A stretch of DNA of 48,815 bases from contig NC_068982.1 of the NCBI RefSeq assembly GCF_001194135.2, positions 185,323,878-185,372,692 of the forward strand. The letters run 5' to 3'. The stretch comes from Octopus bimaculoides. Taxonomy: Eukaryota. A program made the position numbers and the translations under genes. Shown here piece after piece: positions 1 to 12,300 of the stretch. How positions within the stretch are numbered: the stretch's first letter is position 1; every line of letters starts with the position of its first letter. Below the pieces are notes generated by a model. That model ran no database searches, was not told the DNA's origin, and was given only the letters and a program-made list of their open reading frames with translations.

Positions 1-289
1 AACAGTCTAGTTAGGGTTAGGGTTAACAGTCTAGTTAGGGTTAGGGTTAGGGGATTAATACGATATACACCGTTACAGCGCTAACTGTTTTCAACTGAAT
101 AGACGTCAGTGATTAGTAGAAATTATCGAAATAAGACAATTTTTTACATGAAATAAATTCGAATACAAAATTTTTTTTCTGTTCTATAACACAAAATAGA
201 TAAGTATACGAAGTTTGAAAGTCTTTCGGTACCAAAAACACTACATAAAACATAAATGAAAACTGGTGCCCCCGTTTTGAAATAGATCC
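1..289. mobile_element. Right part of a TTAGGG-bearing TIR MITE (GGATC-ended family)
   Basis: Near-identical to 43271-43538. Ends in ACTGGTGCCCCCGTTTTGAAATAGATCC, the reverse complement of the left TIR at 42892. TTAGGG units at 11-52 are interrupted by AACAGTCTAG. Confidence 0.8.
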
Positions 290-531
290 AAAAACGCTAT
301 TTAGCTATTATTTTTAGCACACCTCACAAACACCTCAATGACAAAAAGAAATGTGTAAACAAGTTGTTTAAATCATTCAATAGGCATCTGATGCAAATGC
401 GTTGAACAACACGTTACAAATTAAATATTTAATAAAAAAAACAAACATTTTGTTAACCAGTTTATAAATTCACATGTTCAGTTGTCAATAGACAGGTAAA
501 ACAAGTGGTTTCAATATATTTGTCAACACAG

Positions 532-741
532 GGCGGTGAGCTGGCAGAATCGTTAGCACCCCGGGCGAAATGCTTAGCGTTCTTAGTTCAAAATCCGCCG
601 AGGTCGACTTTACCTTTCATCCTTTCTGGGTCGATTGAATAAGTACCAGTTACACACTGGAGTCGATATAATCAACTTAATCCCATTGTCTATCCTTGTT
701 TGTCCCCTCTATGTTTAGCCCCCTGTGGGCAATAAAGAAAT
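532..741 (+). mobile_element. tRNA-derived SINE (subtype with AGCCCC..GTGGG.AATAAAGAAAT tail), internal 20-bp deletion
   Basis: A-box-like TGGCAGAATCGTTAG and B-box-like AGTTCAAAATCC. Homologous to 38030-38256. Approximate TSD ATATATTTGTCAA on both sides. Confidence 0.9.
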
Positions 742-794
742 ATATTTGTCAAAACGTGCTTTCTCACAGGCACATGAGTTCTCATGCCCCGCTT

Positions 795-808
795 GTTACT
801 ATGGAAAC
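795..808. promoter_or_regulatory. RFX X-box-like motif
   Basis: GTTACTATGGAAAC matches the consensus GTHNYYATRRNAAC and lies inside the palindrome GCTTGTT...AACAAGC. Motif match only. Confidence 0.3.
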
Positions 809-1310
809 AAGCATGAATGTGTCTGTGACTAACTCTTTATTTATTGATTTATAGCGAAAATGATTTTCACGGCGTTCATTAGCCAAGAAAAGTGTATCAT
901 TACACTGAGAATGCAATCAATTCGAACAGAATTGATGCTGGCAGCCAAACCGATGAGATCCCTTAATATTCATTCCATAGGTTCAGTTGAATTATTTTCT
1001 TTAGCGCCTTTTATGTTTTTAATTATGTAAATTACTACTAGTTAAAAATATACTCAATTCATTTTCTATGTGAAAAAAGAAATAATTTATCTTCAGGCAA
1101 AGTAGATCTGTACTAGGTTCATGAGGCTTTATAGACCTAAACACTGGTGTATCATTCTCCCTTGGCTCTAAAAGAAGAAAAGATAAAACTGTCTTTTCTT
1201 TAAGCATGTAAATTTACGGAAGAATTTACCTTTAATTTCATGAAACGTTTTTCCTTCTACCAGTGGCATGTATTTGGAAGAGAAAAAAAAAAAACCCAAG
1301 AAAAGTATAC

Positions 1311-1750
1311 TGTAGCGAGGTCTACAATTAGAACCTTGCATGTTTAGTGATTAGGGTCAGACCACACTTGGATAATGTGATGTACCCTAAATATCAACCA
1401 ATCAGCTTGCAGAAATGTTCCAGATGTTCCTGCGTAAGGGCCATAAAAGTGAAAGCGCGCCAGAATTAGCGCAGTGATTCGAGATGGTACCAGAGAAGAT
1501 AGACGAACACAGATTTATTGGTCACTGCTCGACCTGTGTTTAAAAGAATTACTTCATCTTCAATGCACTTCTCAAAGTACGTACCATGAACACTGTAATT
1601 TTAGGTGGAGTCAGTGGTCACCAGTTGTAACAGTAAATGTAATGATATATGTTGGAGTCGGCAGTTACCAATTGTAACGGGTGTTGATGTTGCAGATGTG
1701 CAAGATTAAAGAAGAACTGTGATCGAAGTTGTAAACAAACATTTATTTAC
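1311..1750. mobile_element. Possible degraded LTR
   Basis: Starts TGTAGCG like other LTRs here and shares AAACATTTATT with the 40230-40762 LTR-like element. Other end and TSD not found. Confidence 0.3.
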
Positions 1751-1912
1751 TGTTACTTTGTATATAGCCAAAAGCACGACTGGCTGGTATGAATAATATA
1801 ATTCGTAAAGGATGCGAGTTAAAGAGAGATATCGTAGATTTTCCTTGTATAGTTTGTCTTTGTGTTCTCATCATTGTGTAGTAGTAAACCACAGATAGAG
1901 ATAGGCTAATGT

Positions 1913-3470
1913 TGTAGAGAAAAGAAAGTGAGCTAGTGAAAGAGAGTCGAGGAAAGTTGTATGTCTCATAGTGGCTGATTGTTTTCTTTCTCCCTCTGGC
2001 CGTTTGTCTCAAGTGGCTGTCTGCCTGTGGCCATCTCTAGTTGTCTCCGTTCACCAACTGATTTTGGTTTATGGAGTTCTTGTGTAAGAACGACCGTGCG
2101 AACTCAAAAAGGAGAAATGGTGACGAATGGAAAAACAGAGGACTCCTTTTATTTAAACGTGTGTATGTGAGTGATACTTGTGTGTGTATGTGAGTTATTA
2201 CAGCAGATAGAAAGAGTCAGTAACACGTGAGCATTTATACCAGTTCTTAAGTACACATTAGTATGAGTCTGTATGTGAAGTGAGTTGCGGCTGTGAGTGT
2301 GGCAGAGCGATCACTAGTTGTGATGTTGTGGCTTCCATGCCGGGCCGTGATTCTTGTTATACAGATGTGCGTCGCTGGCTGAGATTCTTGTCTGTTTATT
2401 TATCGTGGTGAAGCTGAGTCACCTAACAGAATCGAAGAGAGAGATGTGCCACGGTGGTTTGGTTTGGTGTACATGGAAAGTCGTGTAGACGCTGGTGGAG
2501 ATTGATGCTGGTTAGTAGTAATCGTAGAATCGTGTTGGTCATGACGATGATGCTGGTCAGTAGTCGTAGGCGGCGGTGGTCATCGTTGGCTGGACGGAGC
2601 TGTTGAAGTGGTCGCTGGCTGCTGCTGCTGTCGTGTGGTACACGGAACAGATATCAAAGAGAAACTGAACCGAGACGAATTTGGTGGGTATGAGTTACTC
2701 TATTTATAGCGAATTATCGGCTCCAAGACAGTAGTAGAAAAACATTATCACGTGACCTTATTAAGGGCTGTGATTGGTCAGTTTGCGTTCTGGCGGGAAC
2801 GGTTCGAAGAAGTTGCCGCTTCGAATATTAATCAGTCCCGTGATGACAAGGAATGGGTTCTCCGCTACGCTCGCGTGTGTTTATATTTAAATGAGAAGAA
2901 TGGCGATAGTAGTTTTGTATCTAATGGCGATAGGTAGTTTTGTATGTAATGGCGATCGAGGTGTTAGTTTCACTACACTTGTATTCATAACTATACAAAA
3001 CTAGTTAGAAGGAGAGACATATTGTTGAGAACAATAGATTTCGCTGAGGGTCGACCTGTTATCTCAATTCTAACTTGTCCATGGCCTAGAAGAGGTTAGG
3101 AGGCAAAAACATAAATTGGCTTAGCAAAGCCATATGTTAAATATAACTTGCTGTCATTATTGTTTCTCTGTGAGAAAAATGCTGTTGAAATATTATAGGA
3201 AATTGGCAGATTCAGGTTCGAATCTACTCTATGCCTAAATGAAGTCACTACAGCACCATATCCTCCCCTCTCACCGCACAAATAAGTAGCCAGCCAATTC
3301 TTTGTCATAAGCAAACCAGAGGCGCACACAGGTTGCACAGACAAGTTTGTAAGTGACAAGGTCGTTGGTTGCATCTCAACTTTAGGCTAAATGAATTGTC
3401 GACTATGGAGAACAATATTTTCCCCGCCTCTCATGCGAAGCTATTAATTTATGTTATTAAGGTAACTACA
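1913..3470 (+). mobile_element. Solo LTR, family B (interrupted by LTR A)
   Basis: Begins TGTAGAGAAAAG and ends TAACTACA. Collinear homology to the reverse complement of 5389-5873 (TTTCTCCCTCTGGCC, TTGAGAACAAT, AGAAGAGGTTAG, GGCTTAGC) continues across the 2083-2977 insert. No TSD seen. Confidence 0.65.
2083..2977 (-). mobile_element. Solo LTR, family A (Gypsy-type)
   Basis: TG...CA ends, exact 4-bp TSD CTTG (2079-2082, 2978-2981), AATAAA on the minus strand. Homologous to 7725-7971 and 33251-34348. Confidence 0.9.
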
Positions 3471-3859
3471 AACTACTCTCTACTTCTCGTACATTACACT
3501 TCTGGCAAGCAACTATGTAATTAAGTAAATACTGTGATATACTCCTTCAAAAATAAATGTTAATCAAGGAACGTTTGGAGTCAGTTTTATAATGGGACAG
3601 CATGCAGCCTGACATACGAATATACCAATTAATAAAGCCCCATCTAACCATTCTCCACAGAACTAAATAACACATACAAAAAATAATTTTCCGATTTATT
3701 GAAACCGGGCGCACACACACAATTTTACCGGGAATGCCTTAAACTTGTACAAGTGTTTTAAATGCCCGTTTCCATCAAGGGAAAACCGGTTGCACTTCGC
3801 AGAACATTACTAGCGAGCTAAACAAGAGTTGGCAAGTGACTTACTGTTATGGATGTCAA

Positions 3860-4020
3860 AGCATGACCGTACTCAAGCAGGTCGTCTGAGCACAACGTAC
3901 TGAACACACTGGATATCTTTCCGAAGACCTCGTTAAACTAATGCAGGATGGTTGGCGTGCGTGGATTGAAAATGTCCGAGCAAGCACCACTGTATGATGA
4001 TGATGATGATGAAAATGATG
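3860..4020 (+). mobile_element. LINE (RTE-like) 3' end fragment
   Basis: Translates to ..GWRAWIENVRAS.., typical of RTE ORF2 C-termini, followed by a (TGA)n tail. Confidence 0.45.
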
Positions 4021-5388
4021 TTCCGGCCTCACCTAGTTAATAAAAGAAATTTGAACCCCGTGTTTTTGTAACGCAGGGTGGACTTGATCGTTGGTCAAGA
4101 TATATAACATACTGAAAGTTGGCAAACTTCTTTGGTGTAGTGATAATACGATCGTCTGTTTTACGGCAGATGCTTGCGTGGTTCGATTTCGGTGAATAAA
4201 TTTCATCACTTCTTTTTCCATCTAAGGAGTCCCTGAATATTATGAGCTATTATTTGTATCTATATTCATATCTGAACAACTTCGTAAAATGACTGTGTGT
4301 GTGTACCTACACACATTCATATCTACATATATGAGCGTTTTGCGTGTGAAAGGAACAGTGTGACTGAAACAAATAAAAGAATAAAATATATATATATATA
4401 TATATATANNNNNNNNNNNNNNNNNNNNNNNNNNNNNNNNNNNNNNNNNNNNNNNNNNNNNNNNNNNNNNNNNNNNNNNNNNNNNNNNNNNNNNNNNNNN
4501 NNNNNNNNNNNNNNNNNNNNNNNNNNNNNNNNNNNNNNNNNNNNNNNNNNNNNNNNNNNNNNNNNNNNNNNNNNNNNNNNNNNNNNNNNNNNNNNNNNNN
4601 NNNNNNNNNNNNNNNNNNNNNNNNNNNNNNNNNNNNNNNNNNNNNNNNNNNNNNNNNNNNNNNNNNNNNNNNNNNNNNNNNNNNNNNNNNNNNNNNNNNN
4701 NNNNNNNNNNNNNNNNNNNNNNNNNNNNNNNNNNNNNNNNNNNNNNNNNNNNNNNNNNNNNNNNNNNNNNNNNNNNNNNNNNNNNNNNNNNNNNNNNNNN
4801 NNNNNNNNNNNNNNNNNNNNNNNNNNNNNNNNNNNNNNNNNNNNNNNNNNNNNNNNNNNNNNNNNNNNNNNNNNNNNNNNNNNNNNNNNNNNNNNNNNNN
4901 NNNNNNNNNNNNNNNNNNNNNNNNNNNNNNNNNNNNNNNNNNNNNNNNNNNNNNNNNNNNNNNNNNNNNNNNNNNNNNNNNNNNNNNNNNNNNNNNNNNN
5001 NNNNNNNNNNNNNNNNNNNNNNNNNNNNNNNNNNNNNNNNNNNNNNNNNNNNNNNNNNNNNNNNNNNNNNNNNNNNNNNNNNNNNNNNNNNNNNNNNNNN
5101 NNNNNNNNNNNNNNNNNNNNNNNNNNNNNNNNNNNNNNNNNNNNNNNNNNNNNNNNNNNNNNNNNNNNNNNNNNNNNNNNNNNNNNNNNNNNNNNNNNNN
5201 NNNNNNNNNNNNNNNNNNNNNNNNNNNNNNNNNNNNNNNNNNNNNNNNNNNNNNNNNNNNNNNNNNNNNNNNNNNNNNNNNNNNNNNNNNNNNNNNNNNN
5301 NNNNNNNNNNNNNNNNNNNNNNNNNNNNNNNNNNNNNNNNNNNNNNNNNNNNNNNNNNNNNNNNNNNNNNNNNNNNNNNNNNNNNNNC

Positions 5389-5873
5389 ATGGCTACCGAA
5401 TAAGTGTCACGTGGATCTTGCATGCATGAAGTGGATTCGATCCACCATAGCCAAATTTAAATTAACACTGCAACAAAACTTTTCCCATGGTGGAACAATG
5501 GTTTTTCTCTGACAGCAATTTTACATTTTCCAGATGCCTTTAGCTAAGCCCGATATAATGTCTTCACCACTTGACCCTTTCTAACCTCTTCTACTCCACC
5601 AAAATCTAGAATAGAGATAACAAGACCACCAACTAAATTTATTGTTCTCAATGATATGTCTATTCTTCTGGATAGTTATAAAAGCAAGAAACCCCAAGCA
5701 AAATGTTAGTTTAGTCACCAGTCGGTGACGACTCAACGAGTCCAGTCACATGGTGACGACTCAGTGAGAACGAAGTCTGGCTGACCAGTTAGAACCTTGG
5801 CCAGAGGGAGAAATGAAGGTTACTGCCATCAACTGTGAGACAACATCCCACAACCCTACAACTTTTCGCTACA
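5389..5873 (-). mobile_element. 3' LTR (family B) of the Gypsy element at 5985-7340, truncated by an assembly gap
   Basis: Minus strand reads PPT AAAAGGGGAGA (5874-5884) directly followed by TGTAGCG. Homologous to 1913-3470. Confidence 0.75.
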
Positions 5874-5984
5874 TCTCCCCTTTTAGTTATTTCTTTTTCT
5901 TTGTGAAGCAAGTAATTTTATTTTACTTTATTCACCCCGCCTCCCATTTTAGCATTTAAAAAAAAAAATCTTTTCTACCTGTAT

Positions 5985-7340
5985 CTATAGAAAGGCGTTC
6001 GAGAGATTTAACTTCGAGAACATTTTTCCGCCATTTAGTTTTGAGCACACTTCTTCTGGTTTTGGTAATGGATAGTTGTGTTCGACTAAACAGTCATTTA
6101 ATCCAATTGAAAAATCCACACACACTCTTTGTTCTTTGTTTTTTTTCTTCTTTACATAAACCGTCGGAGGTGCCCAGTCTAAATGGTCGATTTTTTCAAT
6201 TATAGCTAGACTTTCTATCTCTTTATTGACCGGGTCTAACGCCGCAAACGGCACGTTCCGTTTGGGCCTAAAAAAAGATGTTGCCTTTTCTTTAACTGCG
6301 ATCCTCGCTTTTGTTTTAGTACAACAGCCTAATACTTCCAAAAACACATTTGGAAACAATTTAATAAATTTTTTTGTCTCGGTTGTTCGACTGCATTCGA
6401 ACTTTTATCCGTGCCGACTACATTTTCACAGGGAACACTAATGGGGGTATTCCACGTTTAAATAATTCCATGCATTCTGTGCCAGATTGGTTTAATGATT
6501 CTCACTTTGACGAATTTTCTGTTCGATGTACAAACTTTTTTTCTCTAATGACAAACTTTATCTTTTCACGCTTGGTCCAATTTTTTGTCGTCTTAGTTCT
6601 GAAGTGCGGTTTAATGTGTCCTGTGTTCCCACAAGGAAAACACTTTGCACTTTTGAACGGACTCTCTTTTCTCAGGTGCCTTTCACCGCATGCCATGCAT
6701 GGGTTTATCTCCTGTTGTATATCGTTGGATTTCTTCTGTGTCGTGCCTCACTTTTAATATCATATCGCACTCCTCTGACAGTTTCCGGAGAGTTACATCC
6801 TGGTTCATTTCCAGCTTTGCGAGAATTTTCGTTCTGACTTCTGCGTCCTTTTTAGCAGTAAGTCCCTGAGCAAAAATCAGGCACTTGAACGAGTCCGAAG
6901 TTAGTTTATCCAGTTTAAATCTCTCGTACTCTCTGTTCACTCTACCCGCATATGTGGTAAAATCTTCGTCATCGCTTTTCTCAGTGTTCAAACACCTCCA
7001 ACGTGTGTTGATTAACGATGTTTTTTCATTGAACATCTTTACATAAAATGTCAATTGTGTCCGTGAAATCTGTCAGAAACTTTTTTTCATTCAGACTTGA
7101 ATACACATTATTGATCTTACTTGTAAAAACAGTAAAGGACGCTGGTCTTTGAAAAAACCCCTCCAAAACAACAAAAACAAGAAAAGAAAAGAAAAAAGCT
7201 TGATTTTCAGAAAACACAAGAAAGGACGAGAAGAAGTTAAAAGAAAAAAAAAAAAAANNNNNNNNNNAAAAAAAAAAAAAAAAAAAGAAGGAAATGAGAA
7301 TAAGAAAAAAAACATCCGTTTGGTCAGTTCGAATCAAAAT
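5985..7340 (-). pseudogene. Ty3/Gypsy gag-pol remnant (gag, zinc knuckle, N-terminal RT), frameshifted
   Basis: Gag-like DDEDFTTYAGRVNREYERFKL (6683-7054); degenerate knuckle CFPCGNTGHIKPHF (6502-6696); RT N-terminus WAPPTVYVKK..RVCVDFSIGLN..YPLP..FSKLNLSNAFL (5985-6359). Confidence 0.9.
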
Positions 7341-7724
7341 TAATATGGTCGATGTAAATTAATTCAGCAAGTAGATGATCAAAGTTTGTGAGATCGCATG
7401 CTTCATCCGGAGAGGGTTGTGTTTTCCAGTTTAATAAAAGAAATTTCTCCAGATGCTTATATTCAATGAAAATTTCACACCTGGAATTTAGTAGATCAGT
7501 GGAGTTAAAAAAAGACCGGTCATTTTGTATATGTTAGTCTGAAAGATTGCTTGGAAACACACGGTGCGCTATACAAGTTTATCAGATTTTCGTGTTTTCA
7601 CAGTGTGAACATGATAGTAGCTCTAATTTAAATACTGTGTATATTAAATGATATTTATCTCCTACTAGATGGAGTAAGTTTTCTGTTGATCTCACCAATA
7701 ACGAAACAGTACATTATATACATA

Positions 7725-8300
7725 TGTAAGAACGACCGTGCGAACTCAAAAAGGAGAAATGGTGACGAATGGAAAAACAGAGGACTCCTTTTATTTAAAC
7801 GTGTCACACGGTCGAACACAAAATAATATATCAAATATGATATACAAATATGTTATACTACGATAACATAAATAGCCAGTAATGAGACGATAGAAAAGAC
7901 AACCGTATAAGATGAATAACAGAAATATTTATTGTAGCGTTAAAGATGTATGTGTATGTGAGAGTGTGAATGTCCTTGTTAACGTTCGTCCACACAAAAC
8001 GAGTTCTTATTATCTTCTGTGTGGCACGAATGCCGGGGTGTGATAGGCAGTGAAGGGCAGTGAAAACACTTCGTCGGTGTTGTTCGGGGACGTAAGGACG
8101 TTCATGGCCAGTGGATGTATCACACCATATATGAGCGGTAGAAGAAGATAATAGTAACAGCTGGAATTTGAGGGACGACGAATTCCGTAGCCTACTAAGC
8201 TCTTCGTCGTTTTCCTGATCTGCCGCGATCAGCTCGAGATCGATTGTCTCCGGGGCGTGCAGAGCGTTAAGGTGGACGCGTGAAAGCGCGTCTGCTGCAT
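7725..8300 (-). mobile_element. Deleted Gypsy derivative: RNase H-integrase linker/HHCC fragment fused to the 3' part of LTR A
   Basis: 7725-7971 matches LTR A. 7972-8300 encodes ADALSR..YVPEQHRRSVFTALHCLSHPGIRATQKIIRTRFVW (integrase zinc-binding region). Confidence 0.85.
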
Positions 8301-8839
8301 ATTTTCCTGCTAGGGCATAGCAACTGAATCTGGTATTTGTAATCTTCCGCTTGACCATTTCTGTACTTTAGCCATATTGACATAAATCACGGGTCTCAAG
8401 GAAAATTGCAGACAATGTTCTTAAGCTGACTCCTGTGTATGCCACTAAGCCTAGGATATAGCTGCTATCAAATTACTATCATCCAGTAGCCATCCTAATC
8501 TGAAATATGCTTCTCTATAAGAAGGTCGAGAAAGAATGTGGGACCTCACATTTTATGAAGAAGCAGCCTTAAGTAATAGCATTCTTGCTAAGTTGGATGC
8601 ACTGTATAAACCCTTCCCCTTACATATTTATTATATTTTTTATAAGAAAAACGGTAACAGAAATTCCGAAATTCGGCTTGCTAACCTTCGTCAGACTATG
8701 GTACATTAGAGATCATCTTAAATTTATACAGTGTTTGGTAAGTTTTTTTTTTTTTTCTGAGGTAGGTGGAACTATGTTGAAGGATAATTACACTGTAGAG
8801 TAAGTTCTGATGGAAAGATATTATAGAGGGTTGCGAAAT

Positions 8840-8841
<2 letters not shown>

Positions 8842-8891
<50 letters not shown>

Positions 8892-8907
8892 TGCGTGTGC
8901 GTGTGTA
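8842..8907. repeat. (GT)n microsatellite
   Basis: Direct reading of the sequence. Confidence 0.95.
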
Positions 8908-10417
8908 TTATTTATACAATATCATGAATCTAATCTCATAATAGTCATGTCCAATTATTGTTAATTTACCATTTTACATTCGAAAGTGCCTTCAACATGA
9001 AATCGTTCCATAACATGAATTGGCTGTTATGAGACTAAATTTATAATATTGTATAAAGTATATACCCACTAAGTTACCTAATATACGAGTGCCTATCAAA
9101 CGTTTTTGCCAACTACATACAAACATACAAACATACGCAAACACATATACTCACACGTGCAAACAGCTGAGTTTCATCAATTCAATATCCAGTAACCCGG
9201 CATCAGATTTTTAATTTTTCTTAAGCATGTTCACAAGCCGCCAAGGTTATTCTATTATTGTCTGCATTCAAGTTAAAGAGAACAGTCGCTATCGCATAAA
9301 TGTTTTATATCTGCCTTTATCTATTTATATATTTTTCACTCACCCATAAGTGAAAATGTCTTCCAATGTTAATAAGAGTAATCAATTCAGGAAAGGTGTG
9401 AAAGGAAGTCATGTAACTCTCACACTGCACCTGGAAATCGAAAATATACAGTGTTTGAAAGGAGGTAAAAACCAGATTGCTATTGTGTATGACTATATAA
9501 CATAATACATTCTTGAACAATTTATAACATTAAGAAACTAAAGGACAAGTTAATGTAATTTATGACTGATTCTGAATCATGTAAAGATATTGATGTGCAG
9601 CAAATATTTAAAGAAATAAAACCCACAGAACTAGATACAAAGTCATTTAAGTGATTTAGTGAAAAAGCGATCCGAGAGTGTACCTATTTCATAATCAATG
9701 ATCATTGAAAACGCTAATTAATTGCATAAAGATATTGGAACCGTGGAGTCTTGTGTGTTCATAGGTGGTTTAGAAATTTTAAAGTTCTACGTGATATTCG
9801 GAAAGAGAATTTGTCCGGTAAAAGAAGTCGGCCGATTTTGAAGCTAATGAAGACTACTGTTAAATATCTAATGACCTGGTTAAGAAAATAAATAAATAAA
9901 TAATTAAATAAATGAATAAATAAATAAATAAAAATCACATTTCACAAGGTGTCAGGTGATGCCCGTGAGAGTGCTTGGCTGTCCCAATGCCTTAGTTTCG
10001 CCATCGTCCGTGGTAATACTGCGAGCGCGTGGGCTTGCTTCTGTAGGTTCCGTTGAAACCTTGTGCGACCAATTGAGGTACATGGTGTTGAATTGATGTT
10101 TCTTTTTGCTTTTCCTTTCTTTCTTTCTTTCTTTCTCCCACTTTTTCCTTTTCGTCTTTTTTTCTTTCTTCGCTCACGTTTGTGTTTCCTTCGGTTTTGG
10201 ATTTGTATTTTAATATGGTTTTGTAGTTTTGTATTATATACGTATCATATACATATGTGTCATATATGTAATAAAATAAAAGCAGTTATGGTCATTTTTA
10301 AGAGTGAGTCCCAGTACATCGGTATATTTGACAATCCAGTACCACGTAGTCCTCGAGGTTGCCAGGTTATGTATGTATGTATGTATGTATGTATGTATGT
10401 ACGTATGTATGTATTAT

Positions 10418-11062
10418 GGATGCTATTTTGGCGTGTGGTCTACAACTTAAGGGGCAATTATTTTAGGTTACTTTTTAGTTTACTTTTCAATTTCTAAAAA
10501 CCTTTAAGATGTTGGCAAAAGATTTTTACCGGTGATCAGCGAGCGACGAGACGAAGGTAGTTGCATTTTCACGAAGAAATGGTCTTTTAGCTGATGAAGA
10601 AAATGTTGCATCATGTCATCGTTGTGCTGGAGAAATGAAAGAAGCTTCAAGAAAAAGGGAAAAAACGGTGAAATTTTGGCAACTTTCCGTTGCAAAACTC
10701 GCGGCTGCCAAACTTGTGTGACCTACACGCTTATTTTAGTTATTATATTGTTTATTCTTGATTTCTTATTATTTACTAAGTCATAAATGAAACATAATTT
10801 TATCATTATTAAAATAGTAAGAAGTTTGAAAAAATACATTTACAATGCTAAGTATGTATAAAAGAATCTATTGTAAAAAATTTGGATAGCAATTTGATAA
10901 TAAGGATGAAATACAAATTTGAATAATTTTATCGATGAATTGAGCGAACATCTGCTAGAAACGCAAGAACATCTTAGGGGGTTTTAGAAACTGAAAAGTT
11001 AACTAAAAAGTAACCTAAAGTAATCGCTCTTTAAGTTGTAGATCACACGACAAAGTAGCACC
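10418..11062 (+). mobile_element. Merlin (IS1595-like)-type non-autonomous TIR element
   Basis: ~95-bp imperfect TIRs starting GG(A)TGCTA. Internal remnant 10509-10715 translates to AFSRRNGLLA..CHRCAGEMKE..FRCKTRGC (N-terminal Zn ribbon like Merlin transposases). Both flanks are (TATG)n. Confidence 0.6.
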
Positions 11063-11599
11063 TATGTATGTATGTATGTATGTATGTTTGTTTTAACTTT
11101 TTTTTTATCAATAAGAATTCTTCCGAGGAGAAATGAGCCAGTTTCTAATAAAGAAACAAAAGCTTCATCACTGGAATTTGGATAATAACGACGATAATTG
11201 TTACACATCGAACATTAAGAAGTCTCGTATATTTGTATTGCTCCGTTTACAGACTTATCTGTAAAGTTTGTGTTGGCTGGTCTCTTTCTTTCCAAGGGTT
11301 TTCCAGATTACCACTCATTTAATAACATAACCAAGTGCAAGAGTAATTATTGGTATAAATATAAATTTATAATGAGTGTTGAAGAGGTGCAGGTTTCGAA
11401 GTAGTTATCTGCAAATATTCATATCGATGATATTAGTAGAGATGTTCGCATCTGCAGGGCAACTAACGTGTGTATTTTTATATGTATGCATGTGTTATGT
11501 ACATGTGTGTGTGCGAATATGTGATTATCGTTGTCCATCGAATTTGAAAATGATAATTTTCGTCATATGCGTCTTTTAAAGACTGCACATTTCAATCCT

Positions 11600-12300
11600 C
11601 CATGTGCAGCTTTAGTGGTCTATAGGACATGTGAATGTTTGGTTGGAGACGCTAGCTATTAATCTGTGTGTATGCCTCTTGTACTCCTGGTTCCACCTGT
11701 AGAAATAGCTATCCGCACGACAAGATTTCTGCTGGAATATTGGTCAGTTCACGCGATTTTTCTTCCCCGCACCTTTTTGAGATTTTCATGCAGTACTAAC
11801 TTTTCCCAGAATGGTGTTTCGTCCAGGTGGAGTTTCGTTCAGGATGGGAATTTGACTATCAAATGTTAGACTTGGTGTATAGATACTTAGTAATGTGACA
11901 TAGCGGTAATCTGCTCGTTAATGCCAACTGGTGTCTCGGTCAGTTTAGACAACAGACTGTTTCTTATAGTAGAACCATATTAATGATGTTCATCCACGTG
12001 GTAGCCATTTCTGAGGGAAGCGTGGTCCTCACCAATCACATTAAGAGAACCCTCATCATGTTGCTTGGACTGAGTGAGTTCAATGTTACACTTCAGAAAT
12101 TCAGTTAATGGCTATGAGAGTCGTTCGACGCTCGAACTGGCTTGGTGTTACACGTCGAAAGGTTTAGCAGAAGTTTGTTATCCTGTTGAACAATTTTTCG
12201 GCCGTCTTTCGTAGGTCTTTCCTCAGATGGAGGAGCAGCGTTGTTTCTAGATAAGGTGCACAGGTGTTTATCAATCCCAGCTGCCAACGACTATTACCCT
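11600..12300 (-). pseudogene. RTE LINE APE-endonuclease remnant
   Basis: Frameshifted translation includes HDEGSL, GSTIRNSLLSKLTETPVGINE and TLLSIYTPSLT, matching RTE endonuclease motifs. Confidence 0.55.

Noticed and set aside
1-60. TTAGGG repeats at the window start as a chromosome end
   Set aside because: The repeats are short, interrupted and part of a MITE that recurs at 43236-43538.
4033-4221. 62-aa ORF as a host exon
   Set aside because: No recognisable domain or supporting neighbouring exons.
4297-5423. Long ORFs of 366-368 aa (and other ORFs with X runs at 17.5, 23.3, 25.9, 33.9 and 43.0 kb)
   Set aside because: Artefacts of translating through N gaps.
9950-10120. GC-richer open frame (INSTPCTSIGRTRFQRNLQKQAHA..) on the minus strand
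   Set aside because: No recognisable homology or clear splice sites; too short to call.
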